Program-made: the position numbers and the translations under genes
From: a virus
Taxonomy: Duplodnaviria; Caudoviricetes
Virus record (IMG/VR): IMGVR_UViG_3300032219_001945
Span: 1-37,171 of that record
Direction: 5' to 3' (one strand)
Length of the DNA stretch: 37,171 bases
The notes under the pieces: generated by a model
Databases searched by the model: none
What the model saw: the letters and a program-made list of their open reading frames with translations, nothing else
What the model was told of the DNA's origin: nothing
In this document: one piece after another, positions 15,374 to 24,900 of the stretch
Numbering within the stretch: the first letter of the stretch is position 1
How the letters are laid out: every line of letters starts with the position of its first letter

Positions 15374-16533
15374 GAGATTGTCAACACTCCATCAGATCCT
15401 GCGCGACCGGCACCGCCCGCCCCACCTTGAGAACCAGTAACGGCAAGCAAGCCGCCGCCACCGCCACCACCACCGCCGGGGCCGCCGCAACCGTTGGCAG
15501 GTACGCCGCCTTGACTGCCAGCCGAACCGTTGGTGCCTGTTGCGCCTCCGTTTCCACCGTTAGCCGCCGTAGGGCCATCCCCGTCAGCCGCAGATTGACC
15601 GCCGCCGGCCCCACCTCCACCGCCGCCACCGGCACCGCCAGCCGCGCCCACGGTTGCGCCCGATGTTCGGTTTCCTCCCGAGGTTGAATAGCCGCCGGTA
15701 CCCGCGTTGCCCGCCGCGTTAGCCGCGCCACCGGCGCCGCCACCGGCAGTAAGAATGTCGCGACCTTGGTTGACGCCGCCACCAGTTCCAGCCGTACCAA
15801 AGGCACCCGAAGCCGCACCGCCAGCCGAAGCGTTATTAGCCCCGCGCCAAGTGTAAACGGCACCAAAAGAAGTGTCGCCACCCGTACCGCCCGCACCGCC
15901 AGCCCCACCGATAGAGCCACCCGCCGCCGCCGCCGTGACGGTTCCTGCGTTTCCAGCCGTACCGCCCGTTCCTACCGTGATCGTGTAGAGCGTTCCGGGT
16001 GTGACCGTTAGCCAAACCATCTTGGAGATGCAGCATTGGCCTTGGGAACCTGCACCGCCACCAGCACCAGCCGCCCCCGTCGAGCCACCGTTACCAGCAC
16101 CGCCTCCGCCACCACCGCCCGCGCCGCCTCGTCCAAGAGCCTGAACGCGAGTAACGCCCGCCGGGACTGTGACAGAAGAGGATGCCGCGTAGGTGATTTC
16201 AACCCGGTTTTTGGCTTCCGACTTGAACCAGTTGCCGCCAACGGATCGAACCTGATACTTGCCCCAAGAAGCGCGAAGAACAAGGCTTGCGCCCAATCCT
16301 TCAATGTTCTCGGAGCCATTTCGCGCCAAAGTGCAAGCGTTGGTACCAAAGGTTCCGTTGGCGTCCTTGATGTCGATGATGATATTGAGAGCCGGGTCAG
16401 GCAGAGTGATTGTAACCGGCCCGCCCGACGTGTTGACCGAGTAGTAGTAAGTACCCGGCACACTTGGCACCGTGGTATTACCGCTGATGGCGATGGGCGT
16501 CGGATCAATCGGAGTGACAATCGGGCGGCTCAT
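15361..16533 (-). CDS. Glycine-rich tail fibre / adhesin-like protein
   Basis: N-terminal VNTSGGPVTITLP...IKDANGTF..N..T.ARNGSENIEG module, then VTVPAGVTRV..GRGGAGGGGG...GSDGVLTISW glycine-rich domain. Confidence 0.75.
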   Translation of the reverse strand: MSRPIVTPIDPTPIAISGNTTVPSVPGTYYYSVNTSGGPVTITLPDPALNIIIDIKDANGTFGTNACTLARNGSENIEGLGASLVLRASWGKYQVRSVGGNWFKSEAKNRVEITYAASSSVTVPAGVTRVQALGRGGAGGGGGGGAGNGGSTGAAGAGGGAGSQGQCCISKMVWLTVTPGTLYTITVGTGGTAGNAGTVTAAAAGGSIGGAGGAGGTGGDTSFGAVYTWRGANNASAGGAASGAFGTAGTGGGVNQGRDILTAGGGAGGAANAAGNAGTGGYSTSGGNRTSGATVGAAGGAGGGGGGGAGGGQSAADGDGPTAANGGNGGATGTNGSAGSQGGVPANGCGGPGGGGGGGGGLLAVTGSQGGAGGAGRAGSDGVLTISWLE

Positions 16534-16919
16534 GCGTTTGCGACCTGCCCGACTAGGTAACCGATGCCAGGTGCCCAGTAATCAATGCTCGTCGCGACGG
16601 GAGCCGGGGCATTGAGTGCCGCCGTGGTGCCGCCGCTGGTTGTGTACCGAAGTTCGACCGAAGGCACGATCCTTGCCCCGTCAACACGGTTCGCAACCGC
16701 GTTGGCAAGCGCCGCCGTGCCCAGATCGGTCGTAAGACGCGCCAGAACTTCCGTGTAGATGTTGCAAGCGGTCGCAGGAATGACGAGGTTGGCGATGTAG
16801 TAGATACTTTCGCCAGCCGGATTGACAAGAAGGATTTTCGCCGTACCCGCCACTCCCAGCGTAGGGATGACGTTATACGACTTCCACGTGGGGAGCCTTG
16901 GGATACTGACGTTGTTCAT
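16530..16919 (-). CDS. Hypothetical virion/tail protein (129 aa)
   Basis: ATG at 16919 (MNNVSIPRL...) immediately after the upstream stop. Confidence 0.55.
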   Translation of the reverse strand: MNNVSIPRLPTWKSYNVIPTLGVAGTAKILLVNPAGESIYYIANLVIPATACNIYTEVLARLTTDLGTAALANAVANRVDGARIVPSVELRYTTSGGTTAALNAPAPVATSIDYWAPGIGYLVGQVANA

Positions 16920-16923
16920 CTTC

Positions 16924-17283
16924 TTATGCGTCCGCCGACATTCGGATGTAGTTGGTCCCGTCGCACCGGATGCGAGCCGATTTGGTAGTAGCGACCGCAA
17001 CGCCGGTCCCGGTCGCGCCGATGAAGGTGACCGTCTGAGCCGTGTTATTGGTGACCCAATATTCGGCTTCATCCAGCAAAGGAAGGATGATGCTTCGCCC
17101 GGTGGAAATGACGCCAGCGGTGATCGAAAGCGTCAACGCTTGGTATCGGTCTACCGGAAGCGTGTAGTTTGCGTCGGTGGGGAATGCGAATCTTGCGACG
17201 GCGTAGCGGAGCGGTGCCCGGTTACCCCGTAGCCGAATCGCCCGAATGTGCCCGTTGTTTTGGGTTACGAGATTATTAGCCAT
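16924..17283 (-). CDS. Tail/head fibre domain protein (119 aa)
   Basis: DANYTL...T..RSIILP...YWVTNNT...GTGVAVA..KSARIRCDGTN resembles a recurrent phage fibre module. Confidence 0.6.
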   Translation of the reverse strand: MANNLVTQNNGHIRAIRLRGNRAPLRYAVARFAFPTDANYTLPVDRYQALTLSITAGVISTGRSIILPLLDEAEYWVTNNTAQTVTFIGATGTGVAVATTKSARIRCDGTNYIRMSADA

Positions 17284-17293
17284 TGTTAGTTAC

Positions 17294-18856
17294 CTAGAAT
17301 TGCGTGAGTGTGCCGTTTACACGGTTGGGGAGTCGCCCTGACCCACACGCCCTGGTATAGGCGTGAGCGTTGGCTGTAACGTCGAACAGGTAAGTCGCTT
17401 TGGTGCCGTCGCACTCAATGAAGGTATCGGTAGATGCCACCGAGTCGGCTCCGCATCCGTAGATCGCCGAGAATGACGCGGTATTGGTTGGTACGGAACT
17501 TTCGCCCCATGCCCCAGCGGTTAGCACGTTGCACCCCACAACGTTGTGGTACAGCCGCCCTTTGCAGTTGTTTGCCACAGGATTAAGGTTGTAGCCAACT
17601 ACGCCGTAGTGACCCGTGTAGCCGTTGCTAAGGTCGTTGGAAGTGTTCTTGAGTCCCGCGTTGAAGGCTTTGCAGTCTTGGAAAATGATCTGCACGGCAG
17701 GACCGCCGCTGTCGGTTGGGTAGTCGTGCCAGTCAAACGCGTCGGCTCCCGCGTAGTGGCTTTCGCACCTCTCCATGAACGCAAACGCATCGCCTTTGAG
17801 CTGCACCGAGTCTTGCGTTTTTTCGGTGTAAGCAAAGATGCAGTCCTGCGCCCAAAGCTGGTTAGGTGTTGCGGGATTTGTCCGCGTGTCGGCAAAATCA
17901 AGGTTGCGAAGACCGCCGTAAAAGTGGATATTTCGCATCCAAAGCGTCGAATCCGTGGCGATGTTAAACTTACAGTTCTGCGTAGATCCCGAGACGTAAA
18001 CCCGAACGTCGGCATCTGGTGCCCGTTGGTCAAGAAGCATAACGCTGATGACTGAGCCGCTAACCGAGAATGTCCCCGGCGTCAGTGTCGTACTGATCTT
18101 GTCAAGCGGAATCGGCATCCCGCGAGAATCAAGAAATGTGGCATCGGTGACGATCCCCGGCGTATTTGGGCAGGTTGCCTGATAAACGTTGGCAGAGCCG
18201 CTTACAGAGGACCATACAAGCCCTTCCATGTGCATAGAGCTATAGACAATGCCGTCTGGCTCATCGTCCCACGGCTCGATTGTGCAGGTTGTGATGAGGT
18301 TGCGGCCGAACCACGCCAAAGCCGTTCCTGATACGGGCAATGCGTACATGCCTGGGCGAACCTTGATTGCTTTTGCCCCCGTCGCCTTTCCGATGGCGGT
18401 GTAGATTCCTTTAAGCGCGGTGTTTTTGGTCAGCCCGTCGTTAGTGTCGCTGCCGTTCTCCCAGTCAACAAAGTAAGTGATGACGGTTGATGGGCGTTGA
18501 TCGTCAAAATCGATGTCCGTGTAGAACCGTCCTTGAGGGGATCGGTAGAGGCTGTGCGACGGGGCCTTGTCTGGGATCGTAACCCATGATGGGATGGGAT
18601 AGAGATTGTCAGCCGAGAAGTCAGCCGATGGGGGATAAACCGCGTCATATGTGACCCGCAAAGTGCCGCCGTTTCCAATGGCATAGACCGCATCCGTATA
18701 GGCGACGGTTACCGATTGCCCGTTGGTGAGCGTGACCTCGTTTGCCCCGCTGGTGATGGTGACGAATTTGGGCGAGCCATCCGCAAAGAATTCAAGCATC
18801 GTGGCAGACGCGGAAACCAGCGTAGACGTATTGGTAACTTTGACGGTAACTTGCAT
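17294..18856 (-). CDS. Tail spike, probable right-handed beta-helix (pectin-lyase-like) receptor-binding protein
   Basis: YFVDWENGSDTNDGLT...LKGI.TAI cap motif followed by Asn/Cys/Gly-rich short beta repeats. Confidence 0.65.
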   Translation of the reverse strand: MQVTVKVTNTSTLVSASATMLEFFADGSPKFVTITSGANEVTLTNGQSVTVAYTDAVYAIGNGGTLRVTYDAVYPPSADFSADNLYPIPSWVTIPDKAPSHSLYRSPQGRFYTDIDFDDQRPSTVITYFVDWENGSDTNDGLTKNTALKGIYTAIGKATGAKAIKVRPGMYALPVSGTALAWFGRNLITTCTIEPWDDEPDGIVYSSMHMEGLVWSSVSGSANVYQATCPNTPGIVTDATFLDSRGMPIPLDKISTTLTPGTFSVSGSVISVMLLDQRAPDADVRVYVSGSTQNCKFNIATDSTLWMRNIHFYGGLRNLDFADTRTNPATPNQLWAQDCIFAYTEKTQDSVQLKGDAFAFMERCESHYAGADAFDWHDYPTDSGGPAVQIIFQDCKAFNAGLKNTSNDLSNGYTGHYGVVGYNLNPVANNCKGRLYHNVVGCNVLTAGAWGESSVPTNTASFSAIYGCGADSVASTDTFIECDGTKATYLFDVTANAHAYTRACGSGRLPNRVNGTLTQF

Positions 18857-18858
18857 GG

Positions 18859-21800
18859 CTATCTTTTTGGTAACTCCATATCAAAAATTCGTTGCCCAGG
18901 CTTTCGCAACCGCCGCTGTTTTTCTTCTTTGGTTTCTTCTTTCTTTTGCGGTTTGACCTTGGCAGAGATTCCAAAGATTGCGCCAGTCATCAAAAGGGCT
19001 TTTTGCTTGTCATCCATTCCCGGCGCGTTGGCAATCTCTTTAATTTGTTGAGCGGCAATTGGAGTCATGCCCATCATAAAATTACCCACGCCGTCTTTTG
19101 TGGTTAGGTCTACGTTTTTGCCAAAGCTCTTAAACTCAAGATCACGCTGGTCTTTTTTGTCGTATGCCGCTGTTCCACGTTGAATAACCTGAGTTGCCAC
19201 CTGATTGATTAACTGAACGTGAGGGGCCAGTGAGCTAATCATGTAATCCATGACCGACCCGATGCCTTCGGCTTGATAGGTGCTTGCTGCCTTATCTTTT
19301 TCATTTTCGCCGCGAGATGCTTTCATGCCAGCGTAGGCTTGAGCCATCATCCGAAGTGGTGCCGCCATTCCAAACGTCAAATCATAGATCTGATTATTAT
19401 TGCGAGCCTTTAGGAAATCAGTAGAGCGAGGGTCTAATTCAACGTCAACGCCAGCCGCTTTCAATCCGCCAGCGGTCGCCCCAACCATGCCAAGCACTAC
19501 CAAATGATCTTGCAAGAATAGCCGCGCCATCTTGGGGTTTTTTTGGACAAACGCAGCGTTCCAAATGTTTGTGCCTAGTGCTTGTTTGACCCGAGAAACC
19601 CGGTAGCCGGGTGCCAGCAATACGCCGCCTGACTTTTTACTGAGCTGGGTCAAGAATCGAGCAATGTCACCCGTACCCGCGCCGGTTGTGGTGTTCACCT
19701 GCTCCGAGATTAGCGCGTAGTCTTCGGGTGTAAGCGATTGCCCGTCAGCAACTTTAGCCAAACGCCGGTATGACGCTTCGTATTTGTCCCACAAACGGGA
19801 TCGAAGTAGCGTCAACTGAGCGTCCAGGAACCTGTTGGACTGCTTGTAAATGGGGAGTTTGCCAACGCTGGTTGAAGTGAACTCACTGGATGACCCGCCC
19901 CTAACCGCGTCTAACTTCAATCCTGACTTGACTTTAATTGCGTAGTTTGGATTTTCACGGACAAGTGCCAGTTCATTTCGCAGTCCCGATTCGGAAGCCG
20001 CAGCTTTTACACCGCCCCAGAACGAGAGTGCTGACTGCTTAGGGCTTGGAAATATGTGGTACGCGCCCTGAGTTGTGGAAGATGCAAGGTCGGCACCAAG
20101 GACAAGCCCCCGCGACAGTTCTCGGAAGTCGTGGGCGCGTTTGCCGCCCCAGCTTTTAGCCTCATATTCCGCCCGGTCTTTTGCCGCTTGCAACTGAGAA
20201 TCAATCTCCTGACGCGCCAAGTCCCGCCGAGCGCGAAGGTTTTCTAGCTCAACCGACGCTTTCATTTTGGGCTTGGAACGGTCTTTAAACACGCCGGTCT
20301 TTAGCTGGTTTTCGTAATCGTCAATTTGCTCTTGAACCCTTATCCGTCGCTGAGAATCCTTAGTCGGTCGGCTTGCATTTTCCACCAAATACTTCTCGGT
20401 TCGCTTTAGTTTGGCAAGTTGCGCCCGTGCCGCTTTCAATTCTTCCGACGATGGTTTTGGTCCTTTTACGTTGCCAGAATCAATGCGAGCCTGAGTATCC
20501 GCAATCTGCTTTTTTACTCGCTCCAACGCTTGCGCCTCTTTGGTCGGCCTAGCCGCATTTTCATCAATGTACTTGGCTTCGCGTTTCAATCTGGCAATGT
20601 TTTGTTGAATTATTTTCTCTTCTAGTGTTCGCGCATCTCCCGTCTTTTGGTTTAGGGCTTCGGCAATATCTTCATCCGACAAGTGGGCAAACTCTTCTTT
20701 GAAATCCCCGCGAATCCTGTCTACAAAATACTGAAATCGAGCTACGCCCATTTGAGCGTATGCGCCCGCCAATTCCTTGAGGTCGGCAATGTCCTCTTTG
20801 GAAATGTTAGCCGCGCCGCGTTCGCGGCTACCCATGCCTGACGCCGCACCAGCCCGCTTTGCTTTTATGGCGTCTAAACGGTCCTGAGCGTTTGTGAGCC
20901 GCGTTTTAGATGCCCGTGCCTTACGAACGGTATCAAGCAATGCTACATCGCCTTTGGTAACCGTTGCGCCTTTTTCTTTGGCGTCTAGCAACTTTGTAAG
21001 TTCGGCGTTGCGCTGAATAGCGGCATCTAATTGTGCGCGAATTCCAGCGTCAGGGGATTTCCCGCCTGCCAATTCGTAAGCGCGGTAAACGCCTTGAGGC
21101 GAGTAATCATTCCCAATTAGCATAGCCCGAGCAACAAATGCCCGCGCTTGGTTAGTACCTGTTTTTTTGGTTGCTTCGGCAATGCGCTGGATTTCAGCAT
21201 CAATGACTTTAACTCTATTTGGGTCAATCCCCTTGGTGCCTTTTTCTGTGAGCAAATCGGTCAGACGCGCCGCAATCCCTACGCCTTCCGATTCGGTGAA
21301 GTCTCTTTTGCTTCCCTCTAGTACATCCGCTACGAGCTTTTTGCTCCCGGCTTCGGTGTGATGTCCCGCCCCAATCGCTGCATCTACCCATTGCTTTACA
21401 GTTTGACGGTCGGCATCTGGAACATCGGCATCCGTCTGGTCTTTAAAGAACTTGTTGGAGATCGCCGCGCCGCTAGTGGGTTCCCCCGCTGTTGGCGCAA
21501 CGGGGGAGGGTTCAGCTTTAGATGCTCTTGTGCGGGGGCTGGACGGCTTAGGCGCATCAACCGTAATCTCGTCTAGCGGGATGCCGGTATTTGAGCCTTC
21601 AACCTTGACGTAGGTGCGGCCGTCCTTGGTGCCCAGCGTCTTCTCAATCTTAATCGGTTGGTCAGCATCAGGGCCTTTCCATACGCCAGTTTTGCCAGCG
21701 TGAGGGTCTTGCATCCCCGACTTGACGCCAACCGATTCAGCCGTTACACCAGATCCGGCGGGTCCGATTTTGGGCGTAGCTGGACTTGCAACCTTTGTGG

Positions 21801-24800
21801 GAATCTTGGTCCCTGATGCGTCACTACCACCCGCGACGAGTGTTTTGGTGCCGGCGGGCGTTTCAATTCCAGTTGATACTTTGGCTTCATTGGTTGTTGC
21901 CTTCTTTGGTGCCATCACTCGCGCATCTACACGGTCGCGGTGAATGACCTTGGCATCGGTGTAAATCTTCTGCCCGTTGCGAACAAACGCCTCGTAATGC
22001 GCCGGGAACTCTTTCTTGATGTAGGCGGCGACTTCCTGAAAGGTCTTCGCGCCCTTAGCCAATCGGCCCGCGACGACGATGGTCAAGTCTTTGAGGTCTT
22101 CGGGGGTGATGCCCGATGCCCCGCGCTGACGGTTCTTGTTGCCAGTGCCGCCCTTCTTGAGCCGCGCCGATGCCTCTTCGCCCGCCTGAATAACGGCGTC
22201 TAGTCCGGTTTTGGGGGTTGGCTCAAATAGCCCCGCCGCCACATCCTTTTCAACGCTCTTTCGAAGGGCTCTCTTTGACGAACTTAATTCAGACTGCGCT
22301 TTTGAGGCTACAGATTGAAGCTCTGGAAACAGTTGCTTGCCTGTAACTTTATCCCGAGCATTTGTAGCATTGCCAATGCTACGCAATTCATCGTTAGTAA
22401 ATGACTCTACCGGCCTGCCAAGCTGAAGCTCTTTGGCAAGAACGTAACCATCATCTACCTTTGCCCCAATACTAGTCCGAATTTTTTTGTACTCCGAAAT
22501 TTCATCAGGGTAGTTTGAAAAGAATTTTTGCGTTCTCTTTTCAATGCCAGCTATTTCATCAATAACGCTTGACCCGGTTAAGTCTATCGGTTCGTAGCCG
22601 TTAACAGGCGTCTCCACCTTCGCCGCCGGTTCTTTGGCACCGGGCTTATACTTGGCGGCGAGGTCTGGATAATCGGCTAAAACTTTGTCGGGGACGGGCT
22701 TGCTTTCTTTGAGGGCTTGCTCGACGGCGCTTTTATGACCGTCACCCTTACTGTAAAACCTAGCAATATCTGCTTCTGAATATCCCAGCGCCCTTCCTAT
22801 GCCAGAATGCGAGTTTGGGGACAGCTTAGGGTTGGGATCACGAGGCGCATCCCCGGCTTTCATTGGCGCATCTAGCCCATCATTCCAATTCGTAGCGTCT
22901 AAATACGCTTTTTCAAGGCGCTTAAATGCCGCCGTATCTTTGAATAAAACCCAAATTGGTTGTTTCGGGATACCACCGGCAGGTGGCGCTGGAAAGTTTA
23001 TTGGCGCTGCATTTAGTCCATACTTTTTGGCAGCAGATTTAGCGCCTTTTTGGTCAAACCCTATCATTGTGGGCTTGGTGCCTGACACAACGTCAGCAAC
23101 AGCGTTCTCGTTACCGCCAACGCCAAAGTAGCGTTCGGCAGTTCCCGCTCCAGTTGAAGCCTTGTCGATTTCTGCCCGCGTCATCTCCCACGGCTCTTTG
23201 CCCTTCGCCGCCGCCGGTTCTTTGGGCGTTGGGGCAGGGCGTTCCACCTTCGGCTCCGCAGCTTTGGCAACCACCGATGGGGCTTCCGGCTTGGCCTGAA
23301 CCGCTACCGGCGCGGGTTCAGGTGTTCGTCCCGGCAGTGCCTTTTGTGGAGGCGTGGGATTCTTGAGCCTATTTGCCGCCGCTTCTGCTTCCTGCTGGGC
23401 GGTGAGTTTCGTCGAGCGGTTAAGAATTGTTCGGGTGCCACGGTCGGCAACGCCGGTTGGCTCAACTGGGACTGCTCGCAAATTGGGACGTCGCCCTTCT
23501 ACCGTTGCGCCCGTCATCGGCCCTATCTGCATTGGGCTAGGGCCTACTTGAGTGCGAGCCACGCCACCTACGGGTTTCAGTTCAGGCTTTTGAATTGTCG
23601 TTGGGATCGGCACATTTGAAGCCCCGCGCCCAGCCGCTACCGGAGGCTCGTAATTGCCCAGCGCAATGCTTGCCGCCGTGCCCTTTGCATCCTCTCGACC
23701 CGCCTTGTTGACGCCCGTGCGTTTCGGTGCCTTTGCGCTTGCCTCTTCTGCCCAGTTAACAATCTTAAGTGCTTCGGGGACGCTGATCTTGAGTTGTTTG
23801 GAGACTTTAGCCGCCTGTGCGCCCTTTGCCGCTCCTTTAGACAAGTGGTATCCACCATAAACAGCACCCATCACGTTGATGGCACGAAGCCCGCGTTCTA
23901 GGCCGTCAATATTAGGGTCAAAGACATTCAGTCCGTCAAGCGTTTCTTTTACGACTTGCTGGCCGTCGCCACTGGCAATTCGTTGGGCAATGTTTGCCGT
24001 ATCTACGGCTCCACGCATTTGGCCTACGTAAGGCAAGAAGTAAGAACCTACGTTTGCCCCTGCTTCTACAACCTTTGCCGCCGGGGCCATCTTTGCTTTG
24101 GCTTCTGGCTTTAACCCTTTTGCTATTGAATAATCCGATGGCTTGAGAACGTTGGGGTCAATGATGTCCTGAATCCCCATCCCAACCCATTCGGCTGCGC
24201 GGGGACCAACCTTTGCTACCCCTTCCAAAAGCCCTTGGGCAGCCTTGTTCATGCCGCCAATCATTCGGGATTGAAGCGACCGCCGAACTTCAATCGGCAA
24301 AGACTGAATTTGCTGTGGCGTCATTTTCTTGGCAATGGCAAGACCATCTGGCCCCATCATTTGCTCGTAACGGCGCTGGTTGTTTTCCGCTATTGTCTGG
24401 TTGCTGTATGGCCCAACGTTGGGCGTTGCCATCTGTGACCGCTCTTTCTTCTTTGCCGCCGCAACCTTTTCTAGTTTCTTAAATTCTTCTCTGTCACCAA
24501 TGTCATTGACCGTCTGCTGAAGCTCGTCAGGAGTCAACTCGCGGTTAGAGTCAAACGATAAATTGACGCCGTTTTCAAGCACAAGGTTGTACCTTTTGAC
24601 CTTTTGGCCTTGAGCGTTTTGATCTTCCCCCGTTACTTCGTTTTTAAGCCCGTTTGCAGAGGTTCCCGGCACTGGCTGTGCCATGAGAGGCTTTGCCGTC
24701 AACTGGCCCGTAGTCTCGTTTAGAACGCCATCAACGCGGGTTCCTGCCACGGGTTGCGCTAGCAGTGGTTTTCGCTTGACGGGCGGAGCGGCATTTAGGG

Positions 24801-24900
24801 CATTGCCAAGAACAGAAAGGGCATCAAACGCCGCGACCGGCTTTTTGGCTACTTTCTTTTTGGCAGTAGCCTGATTCAACGAGCCAAGAACATCTGCCAT
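18859..24900 (-). CDS. Very large internal virion / DNA-ejection protein (2013 aa), modular
   Basis: Third and largest Ala/Lys/Gln-rich gene after the nozzle; C-terminal GVDVELDPRSTDFLK...YDLTFG region; several internal repeats. Confidence 0.7.
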   Translation of the reverse strand: MADVLGSLNQATAKKKVAKKPVAAFDALSVLGNALNAAPPVKRKPLLAQPVAGTRVDGVLNETTGQLTAKPLMAQPVPGTSANGLKNEVTGEDQNAQGQKVKRYNLVLENGVNLSFDSNRELTPDELQQTVNDIGDREEFKKLEKVAAAKKKERSQMATPNVGPYSNQTIAENNQRRYEQMMGPDGLAIAKKMTPQQIQSLPIEVRRSLQSRMIGGMNKAAQGLLEGVAKVGPRAAEWVGMGIQDIIDPNVLKPSDYSIAKGLKPEAKAKMAPAAKVVEAGANVGSYFLPYVGQMRGAVDTANIAQRIASGDGQQVVKETLDGLNVFDPNIDGLERGLRAINVMGAVYGGYHLSKGAAKGAQAAKVSKQLKISVPEALKIVNWAEEASAKAPKRTGVNKAGREDAKGTAASIALGNYEPPVAAGRGASNVPIPTTIQKPELKPVGGVARTQVGPSPMQIGPMTGATVEGRRPNLRAVPVEPTGVADRGTRTILNRSTKLTAQQEAEAAANRLKNPTPPQKALPGRTPEPAPVAVQAKPEAPSVVAKAAEPKVERPAPTPKEPAAAKGKEPWEMTRAEIDKASTGAGTAERYFGVGGNENAVADVVSGTKPTMIGFDQKGAKSAAKKYGLNAAPINFPAPPAGGIPKQPIWVLFKDTAAFKRLEKAYLDATNWNDGLDAPMKAGDAPRDPNPKLSPNSHSGIGRALGYSEADIARFYSKGDGHKSAVEQALKESKPVPDKVLADYPDLAAKYKPGAKEPAAKVETPVNGYEPIDLTGSSVIDEIAGIEKRTQKFFSNYPDEISEYKKIRTSIGAKVDDGYVLAKELQLGRPVESFTNDELRSIGNATNARDKVTGKQLFPELQSVASKAQSELSSSKRALRKSVEKDVAAGLFEPTPKTGLDAVIQAGEEASARLKKGGTGNKNRQRGASGITPEDLKDLTIVVAGRLAKGAKTFQEVAAYIKKEFPAHYEAFVRNGQKIYTDAKVIHRDRVDARVMAPKKATTNEAKVSTGIETPAGTKTLVAGGSDASGTKIPTKVASPATPKIGPAGSGVTAESVGVKSGMQDPHAGKTGVWKGPDADQPIKIEKTLGTKDGRTYVKVEGSNTGIPLDEITVDAPKPSSPRTRASKAEPSPVAPTAGEPTSGAAISNKFFKDQTDADVPDADRQTVKQWVDAAIGAGHHTEAGSKKLVADVLEGSKRDFTESEGVGIAARLTDLLTEKGTKGIDPNRVKVIDAEIQRIAEATKKTGTNQARAFVARAMLIGNDYSPQGVYRAYELAGGKSPDAGIRAQLDAAIQRNAELTKLLDAKEKGATVTKGDVALLDTVRKARASKTRLTNAQDRLDAIKAKRAGAASGMGSRERGAANISKEDIADLKELAGAYAQMGVARFQYFVDRIRGDFKEEFAHLSDEDIAEALNQKTGDARTLEEKIIQQNIARLKREAKYIDENAARPTKEAQALERVKKQIADTQARIDSGNVKGPKPSSEELKAARAQLAKLKRTEKYLVENASRPTKDSQRRIRVQEQIDDYENQLKTGVFKDRSKPKMKASVELENLRARRDLARQEIDSQLQAAKDRAEYEAKSWGGKRAHDFRELSRGLVLGADLASSTTQGAYHIFPSPKQSALSFWGGVKAAASESGLRNELALVRENPNYAIKVKSGLKLDAVRGGSSSEFTSTSVGKLPIYKQSNRFLDAQLTLLRSRLWDKYEASYRRLAKVADGQSLTPEDYALISEQVNTTTGAGTGDIARFLTQLSKKSGGVLLAPGYRVSRVKQALGTNIWNAAFVQKNPKMARLFLQDHLVVLGMVGATAGGLKAAGVDVELDPRSTDFLKARNNNQIYDLTFGMAAPLRMMAQAYAGMKASRGENEKDKAASTYQAEGIGSVMDYMISSLAPHVQLINQVATQVIQRGTAAYDKKDQRDLEFKSFGKNVDLTTKDGVGNFMMGMTPIAAQQIKEIANAPGMDDKQKALLMTGAIFGISAKVKPQKKEETKEEKQRRLRKPGQRIFDMELPKR

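Noticed and set aside
15400-16140. Collagen repeat or DNA tandem repeat
   Set aside because: The glycine runs are irregular rather than strict Gly-X-Y; the low complexity is at the protein level.
15381-16560. Long alternative-frame and antisense ORFs over the glycine-rich gene
   Set aside because: These are shadows of GGN/GCN codon repetition with no RBS or protein motifs.
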